From NCBI RefSeq assembly GCF_035285525.1, contig NZ_JAYKGW010000174.1:7110-39109 (forward strand): a stretch of 32,000 bases of DNA. The letters run 5' to 3'. Under the pieces are notes generated by a model, which made no database searches, was not told the origin of the DNA, and worked only from the letters and a program-made list of their open reading frames with translations. Origin of the DNA: Okeania sp. GTDB lineage: Bacteria; Cyanobacteriota; Cyanobacteriia; Cyanobacteriales; Microcoleaceae. The translations under genes and the position numbers were made by a program. This document shows, one piece after another, positions 16,450 to 25,917 of the stretch (its first letter is position 1; the number at the start of each line of letters is the position of its first letter).

Positions 16450-19026
16450 ATGGCCATTTCATACAAAGCAACCAGGGAAATGCCTAGTTTTCCACCCGCA
16501 AAACCCAGTTTAGCTTTGCCTTTGAATAAACTTGAGTTATTAAGTCAGTTATTACAACGGACATCTCAATGTTTAGAAAGCATAGTTATTACAGAAAATA
16601 TATTTGCCACGACTCAACACCCTACATTTTCAGGGGTCAAGTTTACAGTGGTGATTTCTCCAGAGTTTAATGGACTTTTGTGGGGCAAAATAGTTAAGGA
16701 CTTATCAAACAGTCAAAGTCAGAATCAAGAAGAACAAAAACAAAATGATGATCTCCAATTTAACTCTTTGAGCTACTCTTTGAAAAGGGTAAATTTGGAA
16801 AATTTAATATTTAACGTAGGTCTAACTTTTGACCCAAAAACAATTCAAGTTTTTGTAGAGGAAATTATTAATCAATTAGAGAAAAATCAAAGTCAATCTT
16901 TAATTATATCTCAACTTAAATCTAGAATCAATAATCTCAAAGTGAATGATGCTAATATCCAAAGCGAATTTACTTTAAATTTAATAAAAATATTGACTGA
17001 TAGCGAAAATATAGATTCTATTTTACAGCCTAAAAATTCTCAAAAAACAGATGTTGCTCAGACATCAAATTTCCTCTCAAAAAATAATTCAACAGTTGAT
17101 ACTTGTGGCATCTCTATTCCGAATACTGAATTAACAACAAAAACTAATTTTCCACAAAATAATCAATTATTATTATCAGACTCAGTGTTGAATAATTCCA
17201 ACTATTCATTAGTAGACAAATTTATTGAGCAAGCTTTAAAAAAACAAATAGAACAAGAAAGACTTCTGAATCAAATTGCCACTCAAATTCGTCAAACTTT
17301 AGAATTACCAAAAATTTTATCTACTGCTGTAGAACAGGTAAGAAAGTTCCTAAAAGTAGAGAGATTATTAATTTATCAGTTTCAGCAACCTTTATTATTA
17401 ACAAATAATATTAAAGTAGTAAATCAAGAAAAAGGTTCTGTAAACTATGAAGCTTTAGAATCTGATAAAATTTATTCTGTCTTAGGTTTAAATGAGTCAG
17501 AAAATTGCTTTTTTCCTCCTAATAGTTCTATCCTTGAATATCGTAAAAACTCTATTCATGCCATAGCTGATGTTGAAATAACTTATAGTAAATCTCCGGC
17601 TCTACTAGAATTAATGCAGCAATATCAAATCAAAGCAAAATTAGTAGTACCAATTATAGTTGATGAAAAATTATGGGGATTATTAATTGCTCATCAAAAT
17701 TGTAAACGAGAATGGCAAAATAGTGAAAAAACATTTCTCCAAGAAATTGCAGAACATCTAGCGATCGCCATCTATCAAGTTCAATTATATGCCGAATTGG
17801 AACAACAAAAACAAACTTTAGAAAAACGGGTAATTGAGAGAACCCAAGATCTTTATGATGCCCTTAAAAGTGCCGAATCAGCTAATCGTGCTAAGAGTGA
17901 ATTTTTAGCAACAATGAGCCATGAGTTACGCACTCCTCTTACTTGTGTTATAGGTATTTCTTCAACTCTTTTGCAATGGTCTTATGGCAATAGAGGAGCA
18001 AAAATAATACCTATAAAAAAGCAAAGAACCTATTTACAAACAATCCATGATAGTGGTGAACATCTCCTAGAATTAATCAATGATATTCTAGATTTATCTC
18101 AAGTAGAAGCAGGCAAAACAGTTTTGAAAATTAGTGAATTTTCTCTATCTAAACTCAGTTATGAACTTTGGCAAAATTTTAGAGAAAAAGCTGAGCAAAA
18201 TCAGATAAAACTAACTTTTGAACAGAATATAAATCCAGAATTAGATAAATTTACTGCTGACCAAAGGAGAGTTAAACAAATTTTATTTAATCTTCTTAGC
18301 AATGCAATTAAATTTACTCCTAGTGGTGGAAATGTTATACTTAAAGTCATCAGAGATCGACAGACAGCAATTTTTCAAGTAGAAGATACTGGTATGGGAA
18401 TTTATGAACACCAAAAACCACTATTATTTAAGAAGTTTCAACAATTAGATTCTCCTTATAATCGTCAACAAGGTGGCACTGGTTTAGGTCTAGCTTTAAC
18501 CAAGCAATTAGTTGAACTTCATAGTGGTATTATTGAAGTAGAATCTACGGTTAATATTGGTTCTACTTTTACAGTAAAATTACCAGCACAACCACTTAAA
18601 TCAATCAATGAAAAACTTAAGCCAGAAGTAAAAAATTCATCAAATACTTTATCTTTGCAAGGTACAGTAGTTTTAATTGAAAAAGAAGAAGATATTGCCA
18701 CAATTATTTGTGATATCTTAACAGCAGCAGGATTAAAAGTTGTCTGGATAATAGAAGGTTCTACTGCTGTAGAGCAAGTTATTTTGTTACAACCTGTAGC
18801 TGTAATCTTAGATGTGAACTTGCCAGGAATTGATGGTTTAGATATTATTCAGCAGTTACACACCACAAACAGCACTAAAAATATTAAAATCTTGGCATTA
18901 ACTAATGTTAATACAGAAATAAATTGGGAAGATTATTATGCTGTTGGTGTAGATGAATGTTTCTCTAAACCAATTAATCTTGAATATTTATTGAGTAAAA
19001 TGATAGAATTATTAACTAAAGCATAA
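16450..19026 (+). CDS. Hybrid sensor histidine kinase: N-terminal sensory region, Q/N/S-rich linker, GAF, HisKA, HATPase_c, receiver
   Basis: 858 aa. GAF-like region around LLIYQF...WGLLIAHQ. H-box MSHELRTPL, N-box LFNLLSNAIKFT, G1 VEDTGMGI, G2 GGTGLGLAL. Receiver with ILDVNLPGIDG and KILALT. Confidence 0.9.
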   Translation: MAISYKATREMPSFPPAKPSLALPLNKLELLSQLLQRTSQCLESIVITENIFATTQHPTFSGVKFTVVISPEFNGLLWGKIVKDLSNSQSQNQEEQKQNDDLQFNSLSYSLKRVNLENLIFNVGLTFDPKTIQVFVEEIINQLEKNQSQSLIISQLKSRINNLKVNDANIQSEFTLNLIKILTDSENIDSILQPKNSQKTDVAQTSNFLSKNNSTVDTCGISIPNTELTTKTNFPQNNQLLLSDSVLNNSNYSLVDKFIEQALKKQIEQERLLNQIATQIRQTLELPKILSTAVEQVRKFLKVERLLIYQFQQPLLLTNNIKVVNQEKGSVNYEALESDKIYSVLGLNESENCFFPPNSSILEYRKNSIHAIADVEITYSKSPALLELMQQYQIKAKLVVPIIVDEKLWGLLIAHQNCKREWQNSEKTFLQEIAEHLAIAIYQVQLYAELEQQKQTLEKRVIERTQDLYDALKSAESANRAKSEFLATMSHELRTPLTCVIGISSTLLQWSYGNRGAKIIPIKKQRTYLQTIHDSGEHLLELINDILDLSQVEAGKTVLKISEFSLSKLSYELWQNFREKAEQNQIKLTFEQNINPELDKFTADQRRVKQILFNLLSNAIKFTPSGGNVILKVIRDRQTAIFQVEDTGMGIYEHQKPLLFKKFQQLDSPYNRQQGGTGLGLALTKQLVELHSGIIEVESTVNIGSTFTVKLPAQPLKSINEKLKPEVKNSSNTLSLQGTVVLIEKEEDIATIICDILTAAGLKVVWIIEGSTAVEQVILLQPVAVILDVNLPGIDGLDIIQQLHTTNSTKNIKILALTNVNTEINWEDYYAVGVDECFSKPINLEYLLSKMIELLTKA

Positions 19027-19237
19027 ATATTTGTACTAATCTTAAATTATAGCCATAAGAAATGATTTGTGAGAAAAAACTTTAGGGGTTTGGTCTCCAA
19101 ATTCTTTGGCACTGGGGTTGGTTTCCCAACCCCTACAATGAAATATGACAAATCAAAAAGTAAATAAAAAAACTGATTTATCGAGAACCGTAACTCTTAC
19201 CTGTTCCCTATTCCCTATTCCCTAAAATTGTTTAATT

Positions 19238-19924
19238 ATGACTAACAAAAATCCTCATTTACTATTACCAAAAGGTTTAATAGTTTCTTGTCAAGCTGCC
19301 CCTGATTCCCCTTTACATAATCCAGAAATTATTGCCGCTATGGCGCAAGCATCTATAAATCAAGGTGCAGTAGCAGTTAGAATAGATACCCCATCTCATA
19401 TTCACGCAGTGCGACAGAGAATTTATCAACCTATTATTGGTTTATGGAAACAACAAATACCAGGATATGAAGTTTATATTACCCCTCGTTTTTCTGATGC
19501 AAAAGCGATCGCTGAAGCTGGAGCAGATATTATTGCTATTGATGCTACTTCCAGAGAACGTCCAGAGGGAGAAACTTTAACCTCATTAATAACTAAAATT
19601 CACCAAGAGTTAGGCAAACCTGTAATGGCAGATATAGATACTATTGAAGCAGCAAAACTAGCAGAAAAAGCAGGTTCAGATATTATTGGAACTACTTTAT
19701 ATGGTTATACTCAATCAACAAAAACAGCAACTCCTCCTGGTTTTCAACTATTAGAAGAAATGATAAAAAATTTAGAAACCCCAGCAATTTGTGAAGGTGG
19801 AATAGCAACTCCCGCCATGGCAAAAAAAGCGATAAATTTAGGAGCTTATGCAGTTGTTGTTGGTACAGATATTACAGGAATTGAGAATAAAGTTAAAGCT
19901 TATAAAATTGAAATAAGCTCTTAA
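19238..19924 (+). CDS. nanE: N-acetylmannosamine-6-phosphate 2-epimerase-like protein
   Basis: 228 aa. GLIVSCQA...PLH, AQASINQGAVAVRI, PIIGLWK, ADIIAIDAT, TTLYGYT and EGGIATP match the NanE TIM-barrel pattern. Confidence 0.75.
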   Translation: MTNKNPHLLLPKGLIVSCQAAPDSPLHNPEIIAAMAQASINQGAVAVRIDTPSHIHAVRQRIYQPIIGLWKQQIPGYEVYITPRFSDAKAIAEAGADIIAIDATSRERPEGETLTSLITKIHQELGKPVMADIDTIEAAKLAEKAGSDIIGTTLYGYTQSTKTATPPGFQLLEEMIKNLETPAICEGGIATPAMAKKAINLGAYAVVVGTDITGIENKVKAYKIEISS

Positions 19925-20006
19925 ACGGTAGACTTATAGCCATGACTATTAGAAATAAAAATTAAGCATTTTTTTTGTCTTTATTCTACGTCAATATAAA
20001 ATAGTC

Positions 20007-20096
20007 AGGACTGACGCAAACTCTTAGACAATAAACTACCTGTAGAGGGCAAATGCAATTTGCCACTACTCAATGTGGTGGTTCTGCGTAAGTCCT
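20007..20096. repeat. AGGACTGACGCA ... TGCGTAAGTCCT hairpin element (core type 2)
   Basis: Same arms as the family, with one mismatch. Core CTGTAGAGGGCAAATGCAATTTGCCACTAC is unrelated to type 1. Confidence 0.75.
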
Positions 20097-20295
20097 GACA
20101 AATTTAATCCTGAGCAAAGATATAGTTAGGGGTTCTATCAGCTATAGTAATCATAATTTTAACAGAGTAAATATTTTCCCCATCTCCTTAGTCCTGTCCT
20201 TGGCCAAAAATCTGTACTTTTGCAGAGATTCCAAATAGGTTCTATAAAAAAATTGGAAAAATTACCTTTTCTGGTATAATAACGGTTATATTAAC

Positions 20296-20396
20296 AGGAC
20301 TTACGCAAAGAAACCCGGTACGATCGTAGATTCTTACTGTTCAAAACAACGATTTCTTGTAGAAACCGGATTTCTGGGTTCGTCTGCGTAAGTCCT
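20296..20396. repeat. AGGACTTACGCA ... TGCGTAAGTCCT hairpin element (core type 3)
   Basis: Perfect arms. Core is AAACCCGGTACGATCGTAGATTCTTACTG...GTAGAAACCGGATTTCTGGGTT. A related core without these arms lies at about 13915-13990. Confidence 0.75.
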
Positions 20397-21394
20397 GATT
20401 AAGTTAATCCCTACTTAACTGAATACCTTTGAAATTCTGTAGGTCTCCAATTTTAGTGTTCCCCTACCTAACTGCAACTAGAAATATCATATTTTAGATA
20501 GAACTGCAATATCATGTCCAGATAATTAGGACTTGCTAATTAACTCTGAAAAATTTTACAAATAATTCAATCCAGCCTTTTTGGGTCGAAAAATTTCTAG
20601 TTTTCAAGTCCAAAATTTTTAAAATTTTAGACTGATAAGTCATAATTGAAAATGACTAAAAAATAAAGTTTGAAGTCTCCTCTTTCCAGGAGATGAAAAA
20701 AATATTCGATTCAGTATTTTCAGCCTTTTACTTCAGTAGAAAATACTGATAATTAATAACTGAAATAACTCCCTAATCTTGGCTCCGTCGCTATCCATTA
20801 CCAACCTTGATTTTTAAACCTAAAAAACAACGGCTGTTTCCTAGCGTTTAACACTATACAGTGAATTTCATTAAGCTTGTGGTAGAGTTATCACAGGCAA
20901 TATCCCTATGCTATATCTAAATCAAATTTGGTATTTTCATAGAAAAAACTTTCTCTTCCTTAAATAACTTAAAATACGCTCCTGTTCCTAGCTTCTATAC
21001 ATAACTAATTCCACGGTTTCCCTACCTAAATCTTCCGTCGTTATTTAAGGTTTGTTGATTAAATTTAAAAGCTTTTAGAGATGAAAGTTTTAGTATCATT
21101 TTTACCAAAAAAATTACAATCTTTTGATTGCTATGGCTCAAAAATTTGTAACCATTCTGCATCGTCAGGAAACAGCGGTCAGCTATTTATTTTAGTTTGA
21201 TATCAAAGATTTATTAATTAAGATAAATTGGATATTACTATCAAAGCTGACTTTAAAGATTATATTCATTTCAAGGTATTTTTAACTCTTAGATAAGGTT
21301 TGCTGTTTGCGCAGCATTTCCCAGGAATAGCTAACAGATAATAGCTGAATGCTTCAAAAGTTTAGCATTTTGCCCCAATACTAAATCCAGCTTT

Positions 21395-21537
21395 TACCGA
21401 ATGAATAATTAATAATTAAATAATTCAATAATTTGCGCCTTAAAGCCTCCCCTTTAAAGGGGAAAAAATCAATTTTTTCCTTTTATTCAATTCTCTTCCT
21501 TTTAGGGAGAGGTAATTATCAATTATCCATTATTGAA
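21395..21537. mobile_element. MITE-like element, family A', inverted orientation
   Basis: Reverse complement of the 8833-8996 / 13433-13552 pattern. Confidence 0.6.
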
Positions 21538-21850
21538 ACACCTTTGATTTTTATAGCTTAGGCTTTTAATAAAAAAGAATTGAGCCAATTTTTATAAAAG
21601 GATTTTGATAACCGGATTGAGTATAACTATCTATGGCAGAAAAATGAAGAGACAGTTATTTTGAGCAAAAAATTACGATTTTGGAGTAATTATGACAGAA
21701 AAAATAGGGGTGGATTATGAATAACTACTTCTTCTACAACTCCCTGCTTCTCCTAACTCTTAACTACTCCCTATCCTAACAAAAAGACTGTTTCAACAAC
21801 CCCTATTTATTAACTATTCAATTAATGTTGAATTCAATAAATCCGTTCAG

Positions 21851-22026
21851 CAATTAATAATTAATAATTAATAATTACCCCTTCTTCAAAGAAGGGCATT
21901 GACTAATTATGAAAAATTTTGATTTGTCCTCTATCCAAGGGGAGGCTTCCAGACGTGAATTGTTGAATGAATAATTATTGACTATCAACTCTTAATTATT
22001 AATTATTAACTATTAATTATTCGGTA
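21851..22026. mobile_element. MITE-like element, family A, uninterrupted reference copy
   Basis: Matches 24453-24586 plus 24836-24874, and the reverse complement of 2051-2213. Confidence 0.65.
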
Positions 22027-22121
22027 ATTCTCCACATAAAAAATGTACACACAGTGGTTAATCTTCCGGAAGGAAAGTAGCGTACCAAGAACAATAAAAA
22101 TAAAATACTCTATCATTAACA

Positions 22122-23942
22122 ATGACTCAAAATTTTGGTTTATATTCTAAATTTCCTTATGTTCCCAGAAACAACGTTGAGCAAGGTGTCTCAAAACGTC
22201 ATCGCTTAGTACAAGCACTAACAATGATGTTAGTAATTACTACCTTTATTGGCATCAATGCTTATCGTATAGTGCAATTACAATTAATTCAGGGAGAACA
22301 TAACCGCGAACGTGCCGAAAATAACCGCATTCGTTTAACACCAGTAGCAGCAAGTCGTGGCACAATTTACGATCGCAAAGGCAGAATATTAGCAAGCAAC
22401 CTTCTCTCTCGCTCTGTCTATTTATGGCCTCAAGAATACACACCTGAAAAATGGTCTGAGGTGGCAGCAGAACTGAGTACCGTCTTAGACATTCCAGCTA
22501 CTGAAATTATCAAGAAGTTAGAAGAAACTGGCTATAACTCCCCCTTACCAGTCAGAATTATCTCAAATATAGATCGCATTACTTTCGTAGCATTAGCAGA
22601 AAAAGCTGGTGAAACCAGAGGAGTAGAAGTTCGTACCGAAAACGTTCGTCATTATCCTAACGGCAGTTTAGCAGCTCATTTAATTGGATACACTGGGGAA
22701 GCAACCAAAGAAGAATTGATAGCTAACCCCAAATATCCGATGGGAATGCTCGTGGGAAAAATGGGAGTCGAACGTTTAGCAAATTCTGAGTTGGAAGGAG
22801 TTTGGGGTAATCGTTTGATTGAAGTTGATGCCAAAGGTAATGAACTGCAAGAGTTGGGTGTAGAAAGCCCTACTCCAGGCAAATCTGTAAAATTAACCAT
22901 CGATCTTGATATTCAAAAAGCTATAGAAAAAGCATTAGGAAATCGCCGGGGTGCAGCAGTTGTCATTAATCCTAAAACAGGGGAAATTTTAGGAATGGCA
23001 AGCACACCAACATTCGACCCCAGTATATTTACAGGTAAAATTACCAGCCAGGAATGGCAACGTCTCCAAGGTGCAACTAAACCTTTTTTGAATCGCGCTC
23101 TTCAAGGTTATCCCCCCGGAAGCACTTTCAAACCTGTTACTTCAGTAGCAGCAATAGAGTCTGGCAAATATACTCCTGACTCCAAAATTGCAACTGCCAG
23201 TTCTGTGACTATTGGTGGTATTAGCTTTAATGAACACAGTGGTGGTTACGGACTAATTGGTTTTCGGGATGCTTTAGCTTATAGCAGCAATACATTTTAC
23301 TATCAAGCGGCTGTGAAAATTGGTCCCGAACAAATTTCTAAGTGGGGACGAGAGTTAGGTATTGGTGGCAGTATTGACTTAAAGTTACTCGGACTAAATG
23401 GTAATCATGGTCAGATTCCTACTCCCAAGGAAAAAGAGACAATATATGGAGAACCTTGGCATATTGCTGATACTGTCACTATGGGAATAGGTCAAGGTTT
23501 GGTATTGGTGACGCCTTTAGAATCTTCAGTGATGGTGAGTACGATCGCTAATGGTGGATATCGAGTGCAACCTCATTTATTGGCTTCTCAAACTAATACT
23601 AATGCTACTAAGTCAATTAAGACTGGGTTAAAACCTTCTACTATTAATACGGTGCGAGAAGGATTAATTGATGTAGTGAGAAAGGGTACTGGTAGGTGGT
23701 TGAATGATGGTAAAATTCCATTGTCTGGCGGGAAGACGGGTACGGTGGAACTTCCAGGACAATCTGATAACGCAATGTATATCGGTTTTGCACCTGCTTA
23801 TAATCCTGAAATTGCTGTCGCGGTTGCAGTTGAAGAAGGTGGTTACGGTTCTGTAGGAGCAGCTCCTGTTGCTAAAGCTGTTTTTGATGTTTATTTTGGT
23901 ATAGCCCCTAGCCCTAAGGAGCAGGGAACAGGAGGGGAGTAG
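22122..23942 (+). CDS. mrdA: Penicillin-binding protein 2 (peptidoglycan D,D-transpeptidase)
   Basis: 606 aa. N-terminal TM anchor, RGTIYDRKGRILA dimerisation-domain motif, SxxK (STFKP), SxN (YSSN) and KTG (GKTGT). Confidence 0.9.
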   Translation: MTQNFGLYSKFPYVPRNNVEQGVSKRHRLVQALTMMLVITTFIGINAYRIVQLQLIQGEHNRERAENNRIRLTPVAASRGTIYDRKGRILASNLLSRSVYLWPQEYTPEKWSEVAAELSTVLDIPATEIIKKLEETGYNSPLPVRIISNIDRITFVALAEKAGETRGVEVRTENVRHYPNGSLAAHLIGYTGEATKEELIANPKYPMGMLVGKMGVERLANSELEGVWGNRLIEVDAKGNELQELGVESPTPGKSVKLTIDLDIQKAIEKALGNRRGAAVVINPKTGEILGMASTPTFDPSIFTGKITSQEWQRLQGATKPFLNRALQGYPPGSTFKPVTSVAAIESGKYTPDSKIATASSVTIGGISFNEHSGGYGLIGFRDALAYSSNTFYYQAAVKIGPEQISKWGRELGIGGSIDLKLLGLNGNHGQIPTPKEKETIYGEPWHIADTVTMGIGQGLVLVTPLESSVMVSTIANGGYRVQPHLLASQTNTNATKSIKTGLKPSTINTVREGLIDVVRKGTGRWLNDGKIPLSGGKTGTVELPGQSDNAMYIGFAPAYNPEIAVAVAVEEGGYGSVGAAPVAKAVFDVYFGIAPSPKEQGTGGE

Positions 23943-24244
23943 GGAACTGAAGATTATCAAGGGTTTTTTGTGTAGGGAAATGCTCCGCAAACAGGATTTA
24001 TAAATTTCTGCGCCCTTTGCTTCGACTGCTATAATCAAGGAAAATAGATAGGGTTTGCTAAAAAAAAAGAAAAGTGTGGAAAGTGTGGGAAGTAAAAAGG
24101 AAGTATGAGGAATAATTGTTCTTTGATTTTTCTACCCTTGGTTTCCCTAAAACCCTATTTCTCGGAAACTCTACTTTTTGGTAGTTTGAGCTAGAAAAGC
24201 TGCAATTTTTCAATCAGGAAAAAAGCTATATTTTTTATATGTAC

Positions 24245-24452
24245 AGGACTTACGCAAATGTACTATATGTAGATTTAAAAAAAACTATTGCGTATGGGGT
24301 TTTAAGCACTATATCTAGGGTCACTGTTTCAGCAATTAATAATTATAGCACTTACGCATGAACGCTATTGGTAGGGTGTGTTTTGCTGCGCGACATGAAA
24401 AGCGTAGCGTCACGCACCAAAACTCTATATATAGTGCTTTTCCGTAAGTCCT
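24245..24452. repeat. Composite AGGACTTACGCA-type hairpin element (type 1 halves plus an inner GGTG-GC...GCGTCACGCACC hairpin)
   Basis: Left arm at 24245, internal half-site ACTTACGCA at about 24351, right arm CGTAAGTCCT at 24443-24452. Confidence 0.6.
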
Positions 24453-24874
24453 GAATTGATAATTACCCCTTCTTCAAAGAAGGGGATTGACTAATCATGA
24501 AAATTTTTGATTTATCATCTATCTAAGGAGAGGCTTCCACCCGTGAATTTTTGAATAAATAATTATTGACTATCAACTCTTAATTAGGGCTTGTTGAATT
24601 ATTTATCAAAGTGTTTACGGGCATTGCTTTTAGCATTTATAGATACTAATAAAGTACCAGCTTTTAAGTGATTCCAGCTTAAAAATCTAGGATTTTGGGC
24701 AAGACTAGGGGTAAAAAAAATAGAGTAAGATTCTTCTGGCTACCTCTTCTATGATTCTTATTCCTCCTAGATTCCAGGATTGCTGGATTCTGGCTTCTCT
24801 CCTCAAATAAAAAACTGAAGAAGCCCAAACTCTAATTATTAATTATTAACTATTAATTATTAATTATTCGGTAA
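24453..24874. mobile_element. Family A element split by a nested family B element
   Basis: Alignment with 21851-22026 breaks after ...GACTATCAACTCTTAATT and resumes at AAACTCTAATTATTAATTATTAACTATTAATT...ATTCGGTAA. Confidence 0.7.
24587..24835. mobile_element. MITE-like element, family B, nested in the family A copy
   Basis: Left terminus is AGGGCTTGTTGAATTATTTATCAAAGTGTTTACGGGCATT. The right terminus ...CTGAAGAAGCCC is diverged. Flanked by AACTCTTAATT / AACTCTAATT. Confidence 0.65.
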
Positions 24875-24926
24875 GTCCTGATGTAAATACTTTTAGATTT
24901 AATCAACAAGCCATAAATAAACTTAA

Positions 24927-24965
24927 AAACCCGGTTTCTAGGAGAAACCGGGTTTCTTTTTTTTT
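24927..24965. terminator. Bidirectional intrinsic terminator-like hairpin
   Basis: AAACCCGGTTTC-TAGGA-GAAACCGGGTTT forms a 12-bp perfect stem. It is followed by T9 on the + strand and preceded by A5 (U5 on the - strand). It lies about 60 nt downstream of the minus-strand gene 25026-25376. Confidence 0.6.
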
Positions 24966-25025
24966 AGTTGTTTCAGTTCGTACATATTAGAATTTCGGGC
25001 AAACAAAAACAGAAAAATTAAATAG

Positions 25026-25376
25026 CTATCTATGAACTTTTCGCTTAGTTTTATTATGCCAATAAGCAGTCATAATTTTAGGATTTGGCAATCCATTAAC
25101 ACACACAACTCGCAATCCTCGCAGTACATCTATAAACCTATTATAAGGAGTTTTGCGTAAATTCTTATCAGTCAAAGTATAAGTTATAGCTCCATAACTA
25201 AACTGTCTACTTCCATAAACAATAGCAACTTTAATCATCGGTAAACTAATAGCGCGTTGTTGTTGTCGTCGTTCTAAATGATTAATATCTTTAGGATTAT
25301 GTACTGCCGAAATAGAACCTAATTTTTCAACAATGTTTAAGTCATGTTGAAAAACTAAACTGAGTTGATGATTCAT
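25026..25376 (-). CDS. Small hypothetical protein, possibly DUF4258-like (toxin-like fold)
   Basis: 116 aa. AAGAGGGA Shine-Dalgarno-like sequence 8-9 nt upstream of the ATG, and a terminator hairpin downstream. HLERRQQQRAISLPMIKVAIVYG...GAITYTL resembles the H-x3-R-x3-R-x-I-S pattern I associate with DUF4258. Confidence 0.55.
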   Translation of the reverse strand: MNHQLSLVFQHDLNIVEKLGSISAVHNPKDINHLERRQQQRAISLPMIKVAIVYGSRQFSYGAITYTLTDKNLRKTPYNRFIDVLRGLRVVCVNGLPNPKIMTAYWHNKTKRKVHR

Positions 25377-25917
25377 ATTTATTGTCCCTCTTTAATAAAC
25401 TTACAAAGAAAATCACAAGCAAAAATTTAACAACGGTTGAATTTAATTAAAGTCTAGAAATAGACTAATTAATGGATAATGAAAAATATAGAAATTCTTG
25501 ACTGTTCCCTCTCTTACTCAGTATTTCACAAGGGAGCTATCGTCATATCTCTAATTATCAGTTATCCATTGGCAAATGTTCTGAATAAATTTTCAGAGGG
25601 ATGAAAAATAAATCCTGATAAAACTCACAGATAAAATAAATAGATTTTTTATCCTTCTAATAAGCAAAAGGATGAATTTATTTTTCTTCAGAAATAAAAT
25701 TAGGGTTTGCTGAAAAAAATTTTATGAGTAAAAGCAGAGAATAGATAATGGGCAGTAATTTGACTGTTCATCTTTCTCCATTTTCTGGCACTACCTACAA
25801 GAAAATTCAGCACTGAAAACTCTGAAAATTATGGGTTTATAGATTTATTCAAGAACTCCTACTGAGACTACTAAATCTAGCTTAACAAACATAACAAAAA
25901 CCTACAAAAGTGCTGGA

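Noticed and set aside
19085-19140. Hairpin GGGGTTGG-TTTC-CCAACCCC after the histidine kinase as its terminator
   Set aside because: It is not followed by a T tract and belongs to a repeated GGTTTGGTCTCCAAACC-type palindrome family (also at about 4465 and 27908). A terminator role cannot be claimed.
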